A DNA stretch of 64,000 nt from NCBI GenBank assembly GCA_963763775.1, contig CAVXPZ010000002.1, positions 74,275 to 138,274 on the forward strand. Reading direction: 5' to 3'. Of this stretch, positions 1 to 9,723 are shown piece after piece. This DNA is from an uncultured Chloroflexia bacterium (GTDB taxonomy: Bacteria > Chloroflexota > Limnocylindria > Limnocylindrales > CSP1-4). The position numbers and the translations under genes are program-made. The number at the start of each line of letters is the position of its first letter. Position 1 is the stretch's first letter. The notes beneath the pieces were generated by a model, which saw only the letters and a program-made list of their open reading frames with translations, ran no database searches and was not told the DNA's origin.

Positions 1-607
1 GCAGCCCGAGGACGTACCCCCAGAACCGGTGTTGGTCCTTCGTCGTGTCGGGCGTCGCGCCGGTGCCGCACGACTGCGTCCCGCCGGTGCCGCTGTTCGC
101 GTCGGTCGCGAACGACGAGTCGTCGACGCAGGCGCGGGCCGGGTTGCCCTCGTAGCCGTTGTTGTCGCCGGCACTCGTCGTCTGGGCCCCGTTCGAGACG
201 CACGGTTGATACAGCGTCGTCCCGTCGACGGCAGTGACCGTGTTGCTGTCGACGCTCTCCCAGCTCTGGAACACCGCCCGCAGCCGATACCAGAACGTCC
301 CGCTGCCGGGGTCGTCGACGGTCGTCGTCGTGGTCCGGCCGGCGATCGCCGCGACCAGGGTGTACGTCCCGCCCGAGCTCGTCGCCCGATACAGGTTGTA
401 GCCCGTCGCATAGGTGTCCGACGTCGCGGTCCAGCTCAGCGTGATCGAGGCGCCGCCCGCGGCGGTGAGCGTCGTCGGCGGCTGGAGGGTGTCCGACCCG
501 ACCGAGCCGGTGGACGTGGCGGCGTCGGTGTAGCGAGCCAGGGACCATGGCGCGGGAACGCCGATGACCAGGAGGGCCAGGACGAGCGGCACCGAGCGTC
601 GGAGCAT
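1..607 (-). CDS. Secreted SipW-type substrate with FN3-like domain (3' end runs off window start)
   Basis: Not in ORF track; manual translation from ATG at 607: MLRRSVPLVLALLVIGVPAPWSLARYTDAATSTGSVGSDTLQPPTTLTAAGGASITLSWTATSDTYATGYNLYRATSSGGTY... The SLA-RYTD motif resembles SipW-cognate signal peptides; LSW..GYNLYR..WYRLRA is an FN3-like pattern; directly downstream of sipW. Confidence 0.8.
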   Translation of the reverse strand, partial: MLRRSVPLVLALLVIGVPAPWSLARYTDAATSTGSVGSDTLQPPTTLTAAGGASITLSWTATSDTYATGYNLYRATSSGGTYTLVAAIAGRTTTTTVDDPGSGTFWYRLRAVFQSWESVDSNTVTAVDGTTLYQPCVSNGAQTTSAGDNNGYEGNPARACVDDSSFATDANSGTGGTQSCGTGATPDTTKDQHRFWGYVLGL

Positions 608-610
608 CGG

Positions 611-1204
611 TCAGGCGACCGGGTCGGGCGTCCGGCCGTCGTCGGCCCACGCCACGCCGGCGTCGGACCCTTCGGCCTCGGCGGGGTCCCGATCGAGTGC
701 CCACGAGCCCACCAGCAGGACGATCCCAAGCGCGATGACGAACAGGATCCCGCTCGGGATCGACAGGAGCGCGACAAGGAAGCCCGCGTACGGGATGACG
801 AGGACCTCGCGGCCGAGGACGGCGGTCGCCGGGGTGATCGACGGATCGGGCGCGTCGTTGGCGTCGCCCTTCGTCTCCAGCCACGGCTGGCCGTCCCGTG
901 CGGCGATGCGGATGATCCGATGCGTGAAGACCGCCCGCTGCGGTCCGCTGCGCAGGCTGACCACGTCGCCGACCGCGAGCTCGCCCGCGGCGACCGGCCT
1001 GACGACCACGGCGGCGCCGAGCGGGATCGTCGGCTCCATCGAACCGCCGGCGACCACGAACGTGGAAGCGCCGAAGAGCGGCACGACGCGGCCGAGGACC
1101 ACGCCGAACAGCGCGACCACGACGACACCGATCAGCGCGAGGTCAAGCGCGCGTCGCAGCCAGGTGGTCCCCCGTCGTTGCCGATCCATGGTTGGCATCT
1201 CCAT
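611..1204 (-). CDS. sipW: Signal peptidase I, SipW/ER-type (Ser-His)
   Basis: Motifs VVAGGSMEPTIP, VFTHRI, TKGDANDAPD; N- and C-terminal TM segments; start trimmed from the 611..1984 ORF. Confidence 0.88.
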   Translation of the reverse strand: MEMPTMDRQRRGTTWLRRALDLALIGVVVVALFGVVLGRVVPLFGASTFVVAGGSMEPTIPLGAAVVVRPVAAGELAVGDVVSLRSGPQRAVFTHRIIRIAARDGQPWLETKGDANDAPDPSITPATAVLGREVLVIPYAGFLVALLSIPSGILFVIALGIVLLVGSWALDRDPAEAEGSDAGVAWADDGRTPDPVA

Positions 1205-1260
1205 GCTGCGACGGACCGCCACCCCGGGTGGGGCGACGGCGTCCACCGGCACGAATCGGG

Positions 1261-1851
1261 TTACGGGTTGTTGGCGGTCTGCTCGGCGTCGAACGTGAAC
1301 GTCACGGCCGACGTGAGGCCCTGGAGCGTGTTCCCGCTGGTGAGCGGGAGGCTCACCCGGAAGCAGAGGACCTCGTTGCTCGCCGCCGCCAGCGTCCGGT
1401 CGCCGGCCTGGGCGCCCTGGGTGTTGCTGCCGATCGCGGCGCCGCTGAGCGCCGTGGCCGCCAGGACGGTCGTGCCGTCGAACGCGGCGCAACTGGTGCC
1501 CTGCGTCTTCACGGTCAGCTGGAGGGCCGCGCCGAGCGCGGTGGTCGCGGTCGTCGACATCGCGTAGCGGAGCGGCGCGGTGCCGGCGTTGGCGATCGTC
1601 ATCGTGGCCGTGTTCGCGTCGCCGGGCATCATCGCCGCGACGTTGAACGCGACGGCCGGGCTCGATGTGATGTCGATGGTCCCGCTGGCGAACGACCCCG
1701 TCGACGCGGCGGTGTCGGTGAAGATCGCCAGGGAGAAAGCCCCGGCGCCCAGCCCGACCACGGTCAGGCCAAGCAGGGCAGCGAGGATCGGGCGGCGGTG
1801 GATGCGACGTTGCGCGCTCGGCATCCGGGTGAGGAGGTTGGACTCCTGCAC
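1261..1851 (-). CDS. TasA/CalY (camelysin-like) family fibre protein with SipW-type signal peptide
   Basis: GAFSLAIFTD signal motif, GTIDI, MMPGD, IANAGT..LRY, C-terminal LQG..VTFTFDAEQ; adjacent to sipW; start GTG 1851 (alternative ATG 1824). Confidence 0.82.
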   Translation of the reverse strand: MQESNLLTRMPSAQRRIHRRPILAALLGLTVVGLGAGAFSLAIFTDTAASTGSFASGTIDITSSPAVAFNVAAMMPGDANTATMTIANAGTAPLRYAMSTTATTALGAALQLTVKTQGTSCAAFDGTTVLAATALSGAAIGSNTQGAQAGDRTLAAASNEVLCFRVSLPLTSGNTLQGLTSAVTFTFDAEQTANNP

Positions 1852-2056
1852 GGGGTGAACCCCTTTCGCTATGCAGCGGCCGGGCATGGCCGCGTTGTCC
1901 CCCCGGATCCCACAGGCGTGGAGACCCCGACGCTCTGTGCCTCCGGGATGGCATCGCGATCCGGTGAAGTGGCGTCTGGTGCATTCAAGCCGCCGCCGGT
2001 GCGTCGCCGCCACGGGACCGATGGGTCAGTGCGGGCGGTACCTTCGTCCGCCGCGC

Positions 2057-2917
2057 TCAGTCGGGTGGTGCCGCCCGCCCGCTCTCGGCCAGCCGCTCGT
2101 CGTAGCGCCGGTCGCGCCACGCCAATGCGGCCTTGAGCCCGTCGCGCCGCACGATCTCGTCCCACTCGCGCTGTTCGGGGGTGTCGGCCGCGTTGATGAT
2201 CGCGCCGAGGTCCAGGCCGGCCTCGACCGCCATCCGGAACCCGGCCGCGTCCATCGCGCGGTTCAACATCATCTTCGTGGGACCCATGACCTCGGGCGGG
2301 GTCCGCGCGAGCCGGTCCGCCAGGGCGTCGACCTCCGCCGCCAGCCGGTCGGCCGGGACGACCCGGTTGATGAGCCCGATCCGTTCGGCCTCGACCGCGT
2401 CGATGAGGTCGCCGGTCAGCAGCAGCTCCCGGGTCTTCTTCTGGCCGATCAGGTACGGCATGAGGAGGGTGACCGGCGCCGAGCCATACCGGATCTCCGG
2501 TTCGCCGAGCTTGGTCCCCTCAGCGGCGACCACGAGGTCGCAGGCCATGGCGATCTCGAGGCCCCCCGCGAGCGCGTACCCGTGCACCTGGGCGATGACC
2601 GGCTTCGCGAGATCGAGGATCCGCAGCGTCGCCGCGACGTCGGCCGCAAGGAGCTCGCGCCAGCGGACCGGTCCCTCGATCCCGCCGTCGACCTCCTCGG
2701 CGAGGTCGTAGCCCGCCGAGAACGCCCGCCCGGCGCCCTCCAGCACCACCACCCGCACGCTCGGGTCCGCGGCCGCCGCGTCCAGGGCCGCGACGAGCGC
2801 TTCGACGAGCGGGCCCGAGAGCGCATTCAGCTTGGCCGGACGGTTCAGGGTCAGGCGGACGCCCCACGGCGTCGACGTCGTCAGGACGAGGGCCGTCCCG
2901 TCGTCAGGTGCCGGCAT
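2057..2917 (-). CDS. Enoyl-CoA hydratase/isomerase (crotonase) family protein
   Basis: LTLNRPAKLNAL, AFSAGYDL, HGYALAGGLEIAMACD, GEPEI. Confidence 0.92.
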   Translation of the reverse strand: MPAPDDGTALVLTTSTPWGVRLTLNRPAKLNALSGPLVEALVAALDAAAADPSVRVVVLEGAGRAFSAGYDLAEEVDGGIEGPVRWRELLAADVAATLRILDLAKPVIAQVHGYALAGGLEIAMACDLVVAAEGTKLGEPEIRYGSAPVTLLMPYLIGQKKTRELLLTGDLIDAVEAERIGLINRVVPADRLAAEVDALADRLARTPPEVMGPTKMMLNRAMDAAGFRMAVEAGLDLGAIINAADTPEQREWDEIVRRDGLKAALAWRDRRYDERLAESGRAAPPD

Positions 2918-5111
2918 CCCGTCCCTCCTCGAGCACGACCAGGGCGTCGACGGCGATCGCGCCGGTCGCCGACGCGATGACCGGATTGAGGTCGACCTCG
3001 AGCACGTCCGGTCGATCGGCACCGAGCCGGCCCAGGGCGACGAGCATCGCCGCGACCGCGGACCGGTCCACCGGCGGGCGTCCTCGGACGCCGTCGAGCA
3101 GCGCGCGGCCGCGCAGGTCGTCGAGCATCGCCATCGCCGCTCGAGGGGTGACCGGGGCCAGGCGGATCGCGACGTCGTCGAGGACCTCGGCGAGGATGCC
3201 GCCCAGGCCGACGAGGACCGCGGGTCCGAACTGCGGGTCGCGCTGGAGCCCGACGATCAGCTCCACCCCCGGGTCCGCCATCGGCTCCACGAGCAGGCCT
3301 CGGACCTCGAGCCCGGACACCCGGGCCGCGTCGAGCATCCGCTCGGCCGCCGTGCGGACCGCCTCGTCGCCGACGAGCCCCAGGGCCACGCCGCCGACCT
3401 CGGTCTTGTGCCACACGCCCGCGGCATCGAGCTTGATCGCCACGGCGCCGCCGATCCCGCGGGCCGCATCGACCGCCTCCCCGGCGTCGGCCGCCGGCAC
3501 GGGACGGACGACCTCGATCCCGGCCGCCCCGAGGAACGCGAGGCTCTCGCGTTCCGCGAGCGGACGCCCATGGCCCGCCGGTCTCGGCATGGGCTCGCGG
3601 TCCGCGCCGTACGACGTGCGGTCCGCGGCCAGCGCCGGCCAACCGCCCCGCCAGGGTCCCACGGCGTGGCGGTGGTCCCGCCGGGTGGTCCAGCGGGCGG
3701 TCTTGGCGATCGCCGTGAACGCTTCGACGCCACCGCGCAGCAACGGCGCGCCGCCGCCCTTCGTGTCCAGCAGCGCCTTCGTCTCGGCCGGTGGCTCGCC
3801 CGACGTCAGGGAGACGTAGACGGGCAGGATCGAGGGGCGGTCGGCGGTGGCCTCGAGCAGCTGGAAGGACACGTCGTTCGCCGTCCCCACCTCGGAGGGC
3901 AGTGACCGGTAGGGGAAGTCGTGCACGATCGCGAGCACGTCGTAGGCCCCGGAGGCCGCCATCGCCTCGAAGGCGGCCCCGTAGGCGACGGCCGGGTCGT
4001 CGGCGCCCCACGGATCGAGGGGGTTGCCGACGTAGCCCATCGTGGGCAGAGCGGCCAGGATCGCGGCGCGCGCGGCGTCGGGGATCGGCGGAAGGTCCAC
4101 GCCGGTCTGCGGCACCTGGTCGGCGATGAGCGAGGCCTCCCCGGTCGACACCGTCACGACCCCGGTCCGCCCGCGCCCGACGGAGCGCCCGGTCCGCCGC
4201 ATCCCCTCGACGAGCTCGGCCGTCTCGAGCAGCTCGTCGAGGTCGGCACAGCGGATGACGCCGGCCGCGTCGAGCGCCGCGTCGGTGATCCGGGCCTCCC
4301 CGGCGAGCGAGCCGGAGTGCGCGACGGCGGCCTGCTGCGCCTGGGGGCTGCGGCCGACCTTGACCGCCATGATCGGCTTGCCCAGCTCGAGGGCGCGGTC
4401 CGCGAGCGCGAGGAACCGCTCGGGCCGCTTGAAGCCCTCGACGAAGAGGATGACCGAGGTGGTCTCCGGGTCGTCGAGGCAGAACGCGAGGTAGTCGCAG
4501 ACGTCGAGGACCACCTCGGAGCCGCACGAGATGATCCGGCTGAACCCGACGCGCGAGCCCGAGTGGACGTACGCGTCGGTGACCGAACCCGATTGCGCGA
4601 TCCCGGCGACGCCGCCGCGCGGCAGGTACGGCGAGACGTCGCCGATGTACGTCGCGGCGTTCGCCACGAGGTCGATGACGCCCATGCAGTTCGGTCCGAG
4701 GAGCGCGATCCCGTGCTCCCGCGCGATGCGGGCCACCTCGGCCTGCATGGCCGCCGCAGCCGGACCGCCTTCCACGACCCCACCGCCCGGGATGATCACC
4801 GCGGGCACGCCCGCCGCCGCCGCCGCCTCGGTCACGGACGCCGCCCGCAGCGGATTGAGGGCGACGACGGCGATGTCCGGCCGCTCGGGCAGCGCCTCGA
4901 GGCTCGGGTAGCACGGCTGACCGTGCAGCTCGTCGTACTTGGGGTTGACGAAGTGGCAGCGCGTCGCGCTGCCCATGGTCCGCAGGTTGTCGCGGACGGT
5001 CTCGGCGATCCAGCTCCGCGGCGAGGCGCCGACCACCGCGACCGACCGCGGCGCGAAGAGCGGGCGGAGGTCGATCTCGCCGGTGGCGCGCACCGCGGCC
5101 GGGTCGGTCAT
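2904..5111 (-). CDS. ADP-forming acyl-CoA synthetase (acetate-CoA ligase family, CoA-binding plus ATP-grasp fusion)
   Basis: PRSVAVVGAS, LLGPNCMG, QSGSV, AHSGSLAG phospho-His loop, NPLD, HKTEVGGV, DPQFGP, EVDLNP; ATG overlaps upstream stop. Confidence 0.9.
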   Translation of the reverse strand: MTDPAAVRATGEIDLRPLFAPRSVAVVGASPRSWIAETVRDNLRTMGSATRCHFVNPKYDELHGQPCYPSLEALPERPDIAVVALNPLRAASVTEAAAAAGVPAVIIPGGGVVEGGPAAAAMQAEVARIAREHGIALLGPNCMGVIDLVANAATYIGDVSPYLPRGGVAGIAQSGSVTDAYVHSGSRVGFSRIISCGSEVVLDVCDYLAFCLDDPETTSVILFVEGFKRPERFLALADRALELGKPIMAVKVGRSPQAQQAAVAHSGSLAGEARITDAALDAAGVIRCADLDELLETAELVEGMRRTGRSVGRGRTGVVTVSTGEASLIADQVPQTGVDLPPIPDAARAAILAALPTMGYVGNPLDPWGADDPAVAYGAAFEAMAASGAYDVLAIVHDFPYRSLPSEVGTANDVSFQLLEATADRPSILPVYVSLTSGEPPAETKALLDTKGGGAPLLRGGVEAFTAIAKTARWTTRRDHRHAVGPWRGGWPALAADRTSYGADREPMPRPAGHGRPLAERESLAFLGAAGIEVVRPVPAADAGEAVDAARGIGGAVAIKLDAAGVWHKTEVGGVALGLVGDEAVRTAAERMLDAARVSGLEVRGLLVEPMADPGVELIVGLQRDPQFGPAVLVGLGGILAEVLDDVAIRLAPVTPRAAMAMLDDLRGRALLDGVRGRPPVDRSAVAAMLVALGRLGADRPDVLEVDLNPVIASATGAIAVDALVVLEEGRDAGT

Positions 5112-6283
5112 CCGACCACCCGGCCGACGCCGCGCTTCTCGAGGGCGCGGGCGACGATCAGCCGCTGGATCTCCGAGGTCCCCTCCCAGATCCGGTCGAC
5201 GCGCAGCTCGCGGAAGAACCGCTCCGCCGGGTACTCGCGCATGTAGCCGCGGCCCCCGAAGACCTGGACGACGCGGTCGGCGCATCGGAATGCCGCCTCC
5301 GAGGCGAACAGCTTGGCGAGCGAGGCCTTCGCGTGGACCACCTTCGGGTCGGCGCCGGTATCGGCCAGCCAGGCGCACTCGCGGGTGAGCAGGCGCGCCG
5401 CGGACGCGTCGGCGGCGGAGTCGGCCAGCGGGAACGACACGCCCTGGAAGTCGTAGATCCGCTCACCGAACTGGATCCGCTCCGTCGCCCACTCGACGGC
5501 GAGCGTGAGGAGGCGCTCCATCGCGCCGCTGCAGCGCGCGCCGATGTGGATGCGCTCCTCGACGAACCACTCGTTCGTGAGCTCGTCCGCGCGGCCGACG
5601 CCGCCGAGCACGGCGCTCGCCGGGACGCGCACGCCGGACAGCACGAACTGGGGATGCCGGTCCGCGAAGGTGTGCATGTAGTCGGGGTCGTGGTTGACCC
5701 GGACGCCGGGAACGTCGTAGTCGACGAGGAACAGCGTGGGCAGGCGGCGGTCGCCGTCGACGACGTTGGCCTGGAAGATCATGAAGTCCGTGTCGTCCGG
5801 GCCCGTCACGAACCACTTCTCGCCATCGAGGATGTAATCGCCGGTGGCGGTGTCGCGGACCGCCGTCGCACGGATCGCGCGCGCGTCGGAGCCGGCCCCG
5901 TCCTCCGTGACCGCGTAGCTGCCGGAGCGCTCGCCGCGCATCGATGGGTCGAAGTACCGGCGTTTCTGCTCCGCATCGCCGTGGACGAGCACGTTGTACG
6001 GGCCCGGGATGTACGACCACAGGCCGCCGGTCACCTGGCCGAGCTGCTCGTGGACGAGCACCTGCTCGAAGACCGACCAGCCCTGGCCGCCGAGTCCCAC
6101 GGGGAAGTTGCCCCCGTGCAGCCGGGCCTCGATGGCGGCCCGACGGATCGGGTCACCCCAATCGCGCGGCACCTTGCCGCCGGCACGCTCGAACTCCTGC
6201 TCCTTCGGCTGGAGCACGTCGTGAACGAACGCGCGCGCTCGCGCCTGGAGCTCGAGCTGGGCGTCGGTGAGCGTCAGGTCCAT
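5108..6283 (-). CDS. Acyl-CoA dehydrogenase
   Basis: AVTEDGAGSDA, LDGEKWFVT, RIQFG, QVFGGRGY, RIWEGTSEIQR. Confidence 0.95.
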   Translation of the reverse strand: MDLTLTDAQLELQARARAFVHDVLQPKEQEFERAGGKVPRDWGDPIRRAAIEARLHGGNFPVGLGGQGWSVFEQVLVHEQLGQVTGGLWSYIPGPYNVLVHGDAEQKRRYFDPSMRGERSGSYAVTEDGAGSDARAIRATAVRDTATGDYILDGEKWFVTGPDDTDFMIFQANVVDGDRRLPTLFLVDYDVPGVRVNHDPDYMHTFADRHPQFVLSGVRVPASAVLGGVGRADELTNEWFVEERIHIGARCSGAMERLLTLAVEWATERIQFGERIYDFQGVSFPLADSAADASAARLLTRECAWLADTGADPKVVHAKASLAKLFASEAAFRCADRVVQVFGGRGYMREYPAERFFRELRVDRIWEGTSEIQRLIVARALEKRGVGRVVG

Positions 6284-6343
6284 GGGCGCCAGTCTGGCGT
6301 ACGCGGCGGGCGGCTCACGGGTCCCGTCGCGGGCCTCGGGACG

Positions 6344-7789
6344 TCAACCCGGCTGGGCGAGCACCATGATCCGGATCTCGGTCATGTCCTCCATCGCCCA
6401 GCGCAGCCCCTCGCGGCCGAGCCCGGAGTCCTTGACCCCGCCGTAGGGCATGTGGTCGATGCGGTAGGTCGGGATGTCGTTGACGATGACCCCGCCCACC
6501 TCGAGCTCGCCGAACGCCCGCCAGGCGCCCGCCAGGTCGTTGGTGAAGACGCCCGTCTGCAGCCCGAACATGCTGTCGTTGACCTTGGCGATGGCCTCGT
6601 CCATGGTCCGGAACGGGGCGGCCACCACGAGCGGGGCGAAGGCCTCGTTCGAGCAGACCTGGGCCGTCGTCGGGACGCCGGTCAGGACCGTCGGCGGGAA
6701 GAACGTGCCGTCGGCCGTGCCACCCGCGAGGAGCGTGCCGCCCAGGGCGACCGCCTCGTCGACCCAGCGCTGGGTCCGCGCCGCCGCGGCGCCATCGACC
6801 ATCGGCCCGACGTCGGTCGCCGGGTCGAGCGGGTCACCGAGCTTGAGCGACTTCACGCCCTCGACGAAGCGGGACATGAACGCGTCCCAGACATCCTCGT
6901 GGATGAACGCCCGCTGCACGCTGATGCAGACCTGGCCGGCATACGCGAAGCCGCCGATCAGGATCCGCTTGACGGCCCACTCGAGGTCCGCGCTCTTGTC
7001 GACGATGACGCCGGCGTTGCCGCCGAGCTCGAGGACGACCTTCTTCTTGCCGGCGCGCTCCTTCATGCGCCAGCCGACGCTCGGGCTGCCGGTGAACGTC
7101 AGGAGCTTGAAGCGCTCGTCCGCGACCATCCGGTCGCCGAGCTCGCGGGTCATCGGCAGGATCGAGACCGACCCGGCCGGCGCGCCCGCCGCCTCGACGA
7201 TCTCGGCGACGGCCAGCATCACCAGCGGGTCCTTGGACGGCGGCTTGAGCACGATCGGATTGCCCGTCGCGATCGCCGGCGCGAGCTTGTGCGCGGCGAG
7301 GTTCAGCGGGAAGTTGAACGGGCTGATCGCGGCGATCGGGCCGATCGGGAACCGGCGCGTGATCCCGACGCGGTCCTTCGACGACGGCATGAGGTCGAGC
7401 GGGATGAGCTCGCCGGTCATCCGCTCGGCCTCCTCGGCGCCGAGGCGGAAGGTCAGCGTGGCGCGGTCGACCTCGACGAGCGCGTCGCGGATCGGCTTGC
7501 CGGCCTCGAGCGCGATGAGCCGGCCGAGCTCCTCGCGACGGTCCTTGATCCCCGCGCTGATCTCGCGCAGGATCCGCCCGCGCTCGTAGGCCGGCAGGTG
7601 ACGCGTGACCTCGAAGGCGGCCACGGCCGCCTCGACGGCCGCCTCGTACTGGGCCTCGCTGGCATGGAACGTCGACCCGGCCGGGGTCGTGGGGTCCGCC
7701 GGATTGGCGACGACGAGCGGCTCGTCGGACTCGACCCAGCGGCCGGCCAGGAAGATGGGATGGGGCTTGGTGCCGGCGACGATGGCCAT
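6344..7789 (-). CDS. Aldehyde dehydrogenase family protein
   Basis: ISPFNFPLN, FTGSPSVG, LELGGN, GQVCIS (catalytic Cys), EAFAP, PYGGVKDSGLGREG. Confidence 0.95.
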   Translation of the reverse strand: MAIVAGTKPHPIFLAGRWVESDEPLVVANPADPTTPAGSTFHASEAQYEAAVEAAVAAFEVTRHLPAYERGRILREISAGIKDRREELGRLIALEAGKPIRDALVEVDRATLTFRLGAEEAERMTGELIPLDLMPSSKDRVGITRRFPIGPIAAISPFNFPLNLAAHKLAPAIATGNPIVLKPPSKDPLVMLAVAEIVEAAGAPAGSVSILPMTRELGDRMVADERFKLLTFTGSPSVGWRMKERAGKKKVVLELGGNAGVIVDKSADLEWAVKRILIGGFAYAGQVCISVQRAFIHEDVWDAFMSRFVEGVKSLKLGDPLDPATDVGPMVDGAAAARTQRWVDEAVALGGTLLAGGTADGTFFPPTVLTGVPTTAQVCSNEAFAPLVVAAPFRTMDEAIAKVNDSMFGLQTGVFTNDLAGAWRAFGELEVGGVIVNDIPTYRIDHMPYGGVKDSGLGREGLRWAMEDMTEIRIMVLAQPG

Positions 7790-7876
7790 CGGGAGGGGCT
7801 CCTGGGGCAAGCGGGTTGCGGTACCGTCGCATCGTACAACCCGGACCCACGGACCCGACGCTCAGGAGGCCGCCAG

Positions 7877-8700
7877 ATGGGCAACGGCACCGACCTGCGA
7901 GACGCGCTGCGCGTCCGACCCGGCTCCCGCATCCACCTCGAGAAGCTCGACCCCGCCGCTACCCACGGGCGCGACAAGGCCTCGGCGGCCGAGGCGACCG
8001 CGAAGCAGCTCGTGCGGCTCGGCGAGCTGCAGGACCGGTTCTGGGCCGAGGCGAAGCACTCGGTGCTCGTGGTCCTCCAGGGCATCGATGCCGCCGGCAA
8101 GGACGGGACGATCAACAAGGTGATGGAGGCCTTCAACCCGCAGGGGTGCCCGGTCACCAGCTTCAAGGTCCCGAGCAGCGACGAGCTGGCCCACGACTAC
8201 CTGTGGCGGGTGCACAAGGCGGTCCCGCGCAAGGGCGAGATCGGGATCTTCAACCGCTCGCACTACGAGGATGTCCTGATCGTCCGGGTCCACGACCTCG
8301 TGCCCAAGCGTGTGTGGTCCAAGCGGTTCCACCAGATCAACGAGTTCGAGCGCACCCTCGCCGAGAACGGCACCACCATCGTGAAGTTCTTCCTGTCGAT
8401 CTCGAAGGACGAGCAGCGCGAGCGGTTCCAGGCGCGCTACGACGACCCCACGAAGCGCTGGAAGTTCTCGATGGCCGACCTGTCCGAGCGCGAGCGGTGG
8501 GACGACTACCAGGTCGCCTTCGACGACGCGATCTCGAAGACCTCGACCGACTGGGCACCGTGGTACGTCATCCCGGCCGAACCGCAAGTGGTTCCGCAAC
8601 CTCGCGGTCGCGACGATCCTCGCCGACACGATGGCCGGGCTCCGTCCCGCGTACCCGGCGGTCGCGGCGGACGTCCCCGCGGATCCTCGAGATCACCTAG
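7877..8700 (+). CDS. ppk2: Polyphosphate kinase 2 family (class III-like); apparent frameshifts near 8580 and 8685
   Basis: AGGAGG RBS; VLQGIDAAGKDG Walker A, HDYLWR, FNRSHYEDVL, APWYVIPA continuing as RKWFRNLAVA in a shifted frame. Confidence 0.9.
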
Positions 8701-9709
8701 GCGCGGGCGCCCGCGGCGGGACCAGCGTCCCCAGGGTCTCCGCCGTCGCCCGTTCGAACCCGCCCATCGCATCGGGCTCGAGACCTCGCACGGCGCGTTC
8801 CCAGGCGGCCGCCTTGGCGATCGGCGCCAGCCGGATGGCGCGGTCGGCGACCTCCGCCAGGGCTCGGGACGGGAGCCGGTCCGTCCACGCCTCGAGGTAC
8901 GCGTCGCGCAAGCGGACGATCCCCGGCGCCGCGGTCGTCGTCCCGGTCCGGCGGGCGATGGAGGCCAGCGTCTGCGCGAGCGTCTGGAACGGGTGCGCCA
9001 GGGTCGCATCGCCCCAGTCGAAGAGGCGGAACCCGGCCCCGTCGACCAGCACGTTCCCGCCGTGCAGGTCGCCGTGGTCGATCGAGTCGGGGATCCCTGC
9101 GGCGGCGAGATCCGCCGCCGCGGCCTCCGCCATCCCGAGCCGCGACCGCAGCCGTCGGCGCGTCGCCGCCGCGCCGGCCCGCGCCCAGGGGGCCTCGTCG
9201 TCGAGCAGGCTCGCGAGGATCGTCGGCAGGCGGGCGGGTCGGGCATCCGGGATCCCGGTCGTGGCGAGGCTCGCGGCCCATGGCTCGGCGGCACGCTGCA
9301 TCGCGGCGTAGCCCCGGAGCACACGCTCCCACGCCCCGAGGTCGCGGTCCCCGGACCCGTCCGGTCCACGAGCACGGAGGGTCGGCCCGCCATCGTCGAA
9401 GAGCAGCCAGGCGCGACCGTGGTCGGCGGCCAGCGGGTAGAGCACGTGCGCCACCCCGTGCTCGGCCAAGGCGGCGAGCAGGGGGCCTTCGTAGGCCGGT
9501 CCGGGACCCGTCGCCTTCGACCAGGCCACGCCGCGGTCGGTCGGGATCCGAAAGGCGGTCGACCATGGCGTCAGGTGGGGCTGGTCCACCGTCCCGGCCA
9601 CGTGCCGGCCGGCGGCGGCGAGCTCGGCCTCGGCCCAGGCCAGGTGTCCGGCTCGCCACGCTGGGTCGGTCCAGGTCGCCGTCCCGGTGGGGATGCCGCC
9701 GTCCGCCAT
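8693..9709 (-). CDS. Aminoglycoside phosphotransferase/kinase-like (APH family) protein
   Basis: HGDLHGGNV and LFDWGDA kinase motifs; own ATG at 9709 after upstream gene stop. Confidence 0.8.
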   Translation of the reverse strand: MADGGIPTGTATWTDPAWRAGHLAWAEAELAAAGRHVAGTVDQPHLTPWSTAFRIPTDRGVAWSKATGPGPAYEGPLLAALAEHGVAHVLYPLAADHGRAWLLFDDGGPTLRARGPDGSGDRDLGAWERVLRGYAAMQRAAEPWAASLATTGIPDARPARLPTILASLLDDEAPWARAGAAATRRRLRSRLGMAEAAAADLAAAGIPDSIDHGDLHGGNVLVDGAGFRLFDWGDATLAHPFQTLAQTLASIARRTGTTTAAPGIVRLRDAYLEAWTDRLPSRALAEVADRAIRLAPIAKAAAWERAVRGLEPDAMGGFERATAETLGTLVPPRAPAPR

Positions 9710-9723
9710 GCGAGGGCTGCCGC

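Noticed and set aside
1852-2056. c-di-GMP riboswitch upstream of the tasA-like gene
   Set aside because: No recognisable GEMM consensus or terminator on the minus strand.
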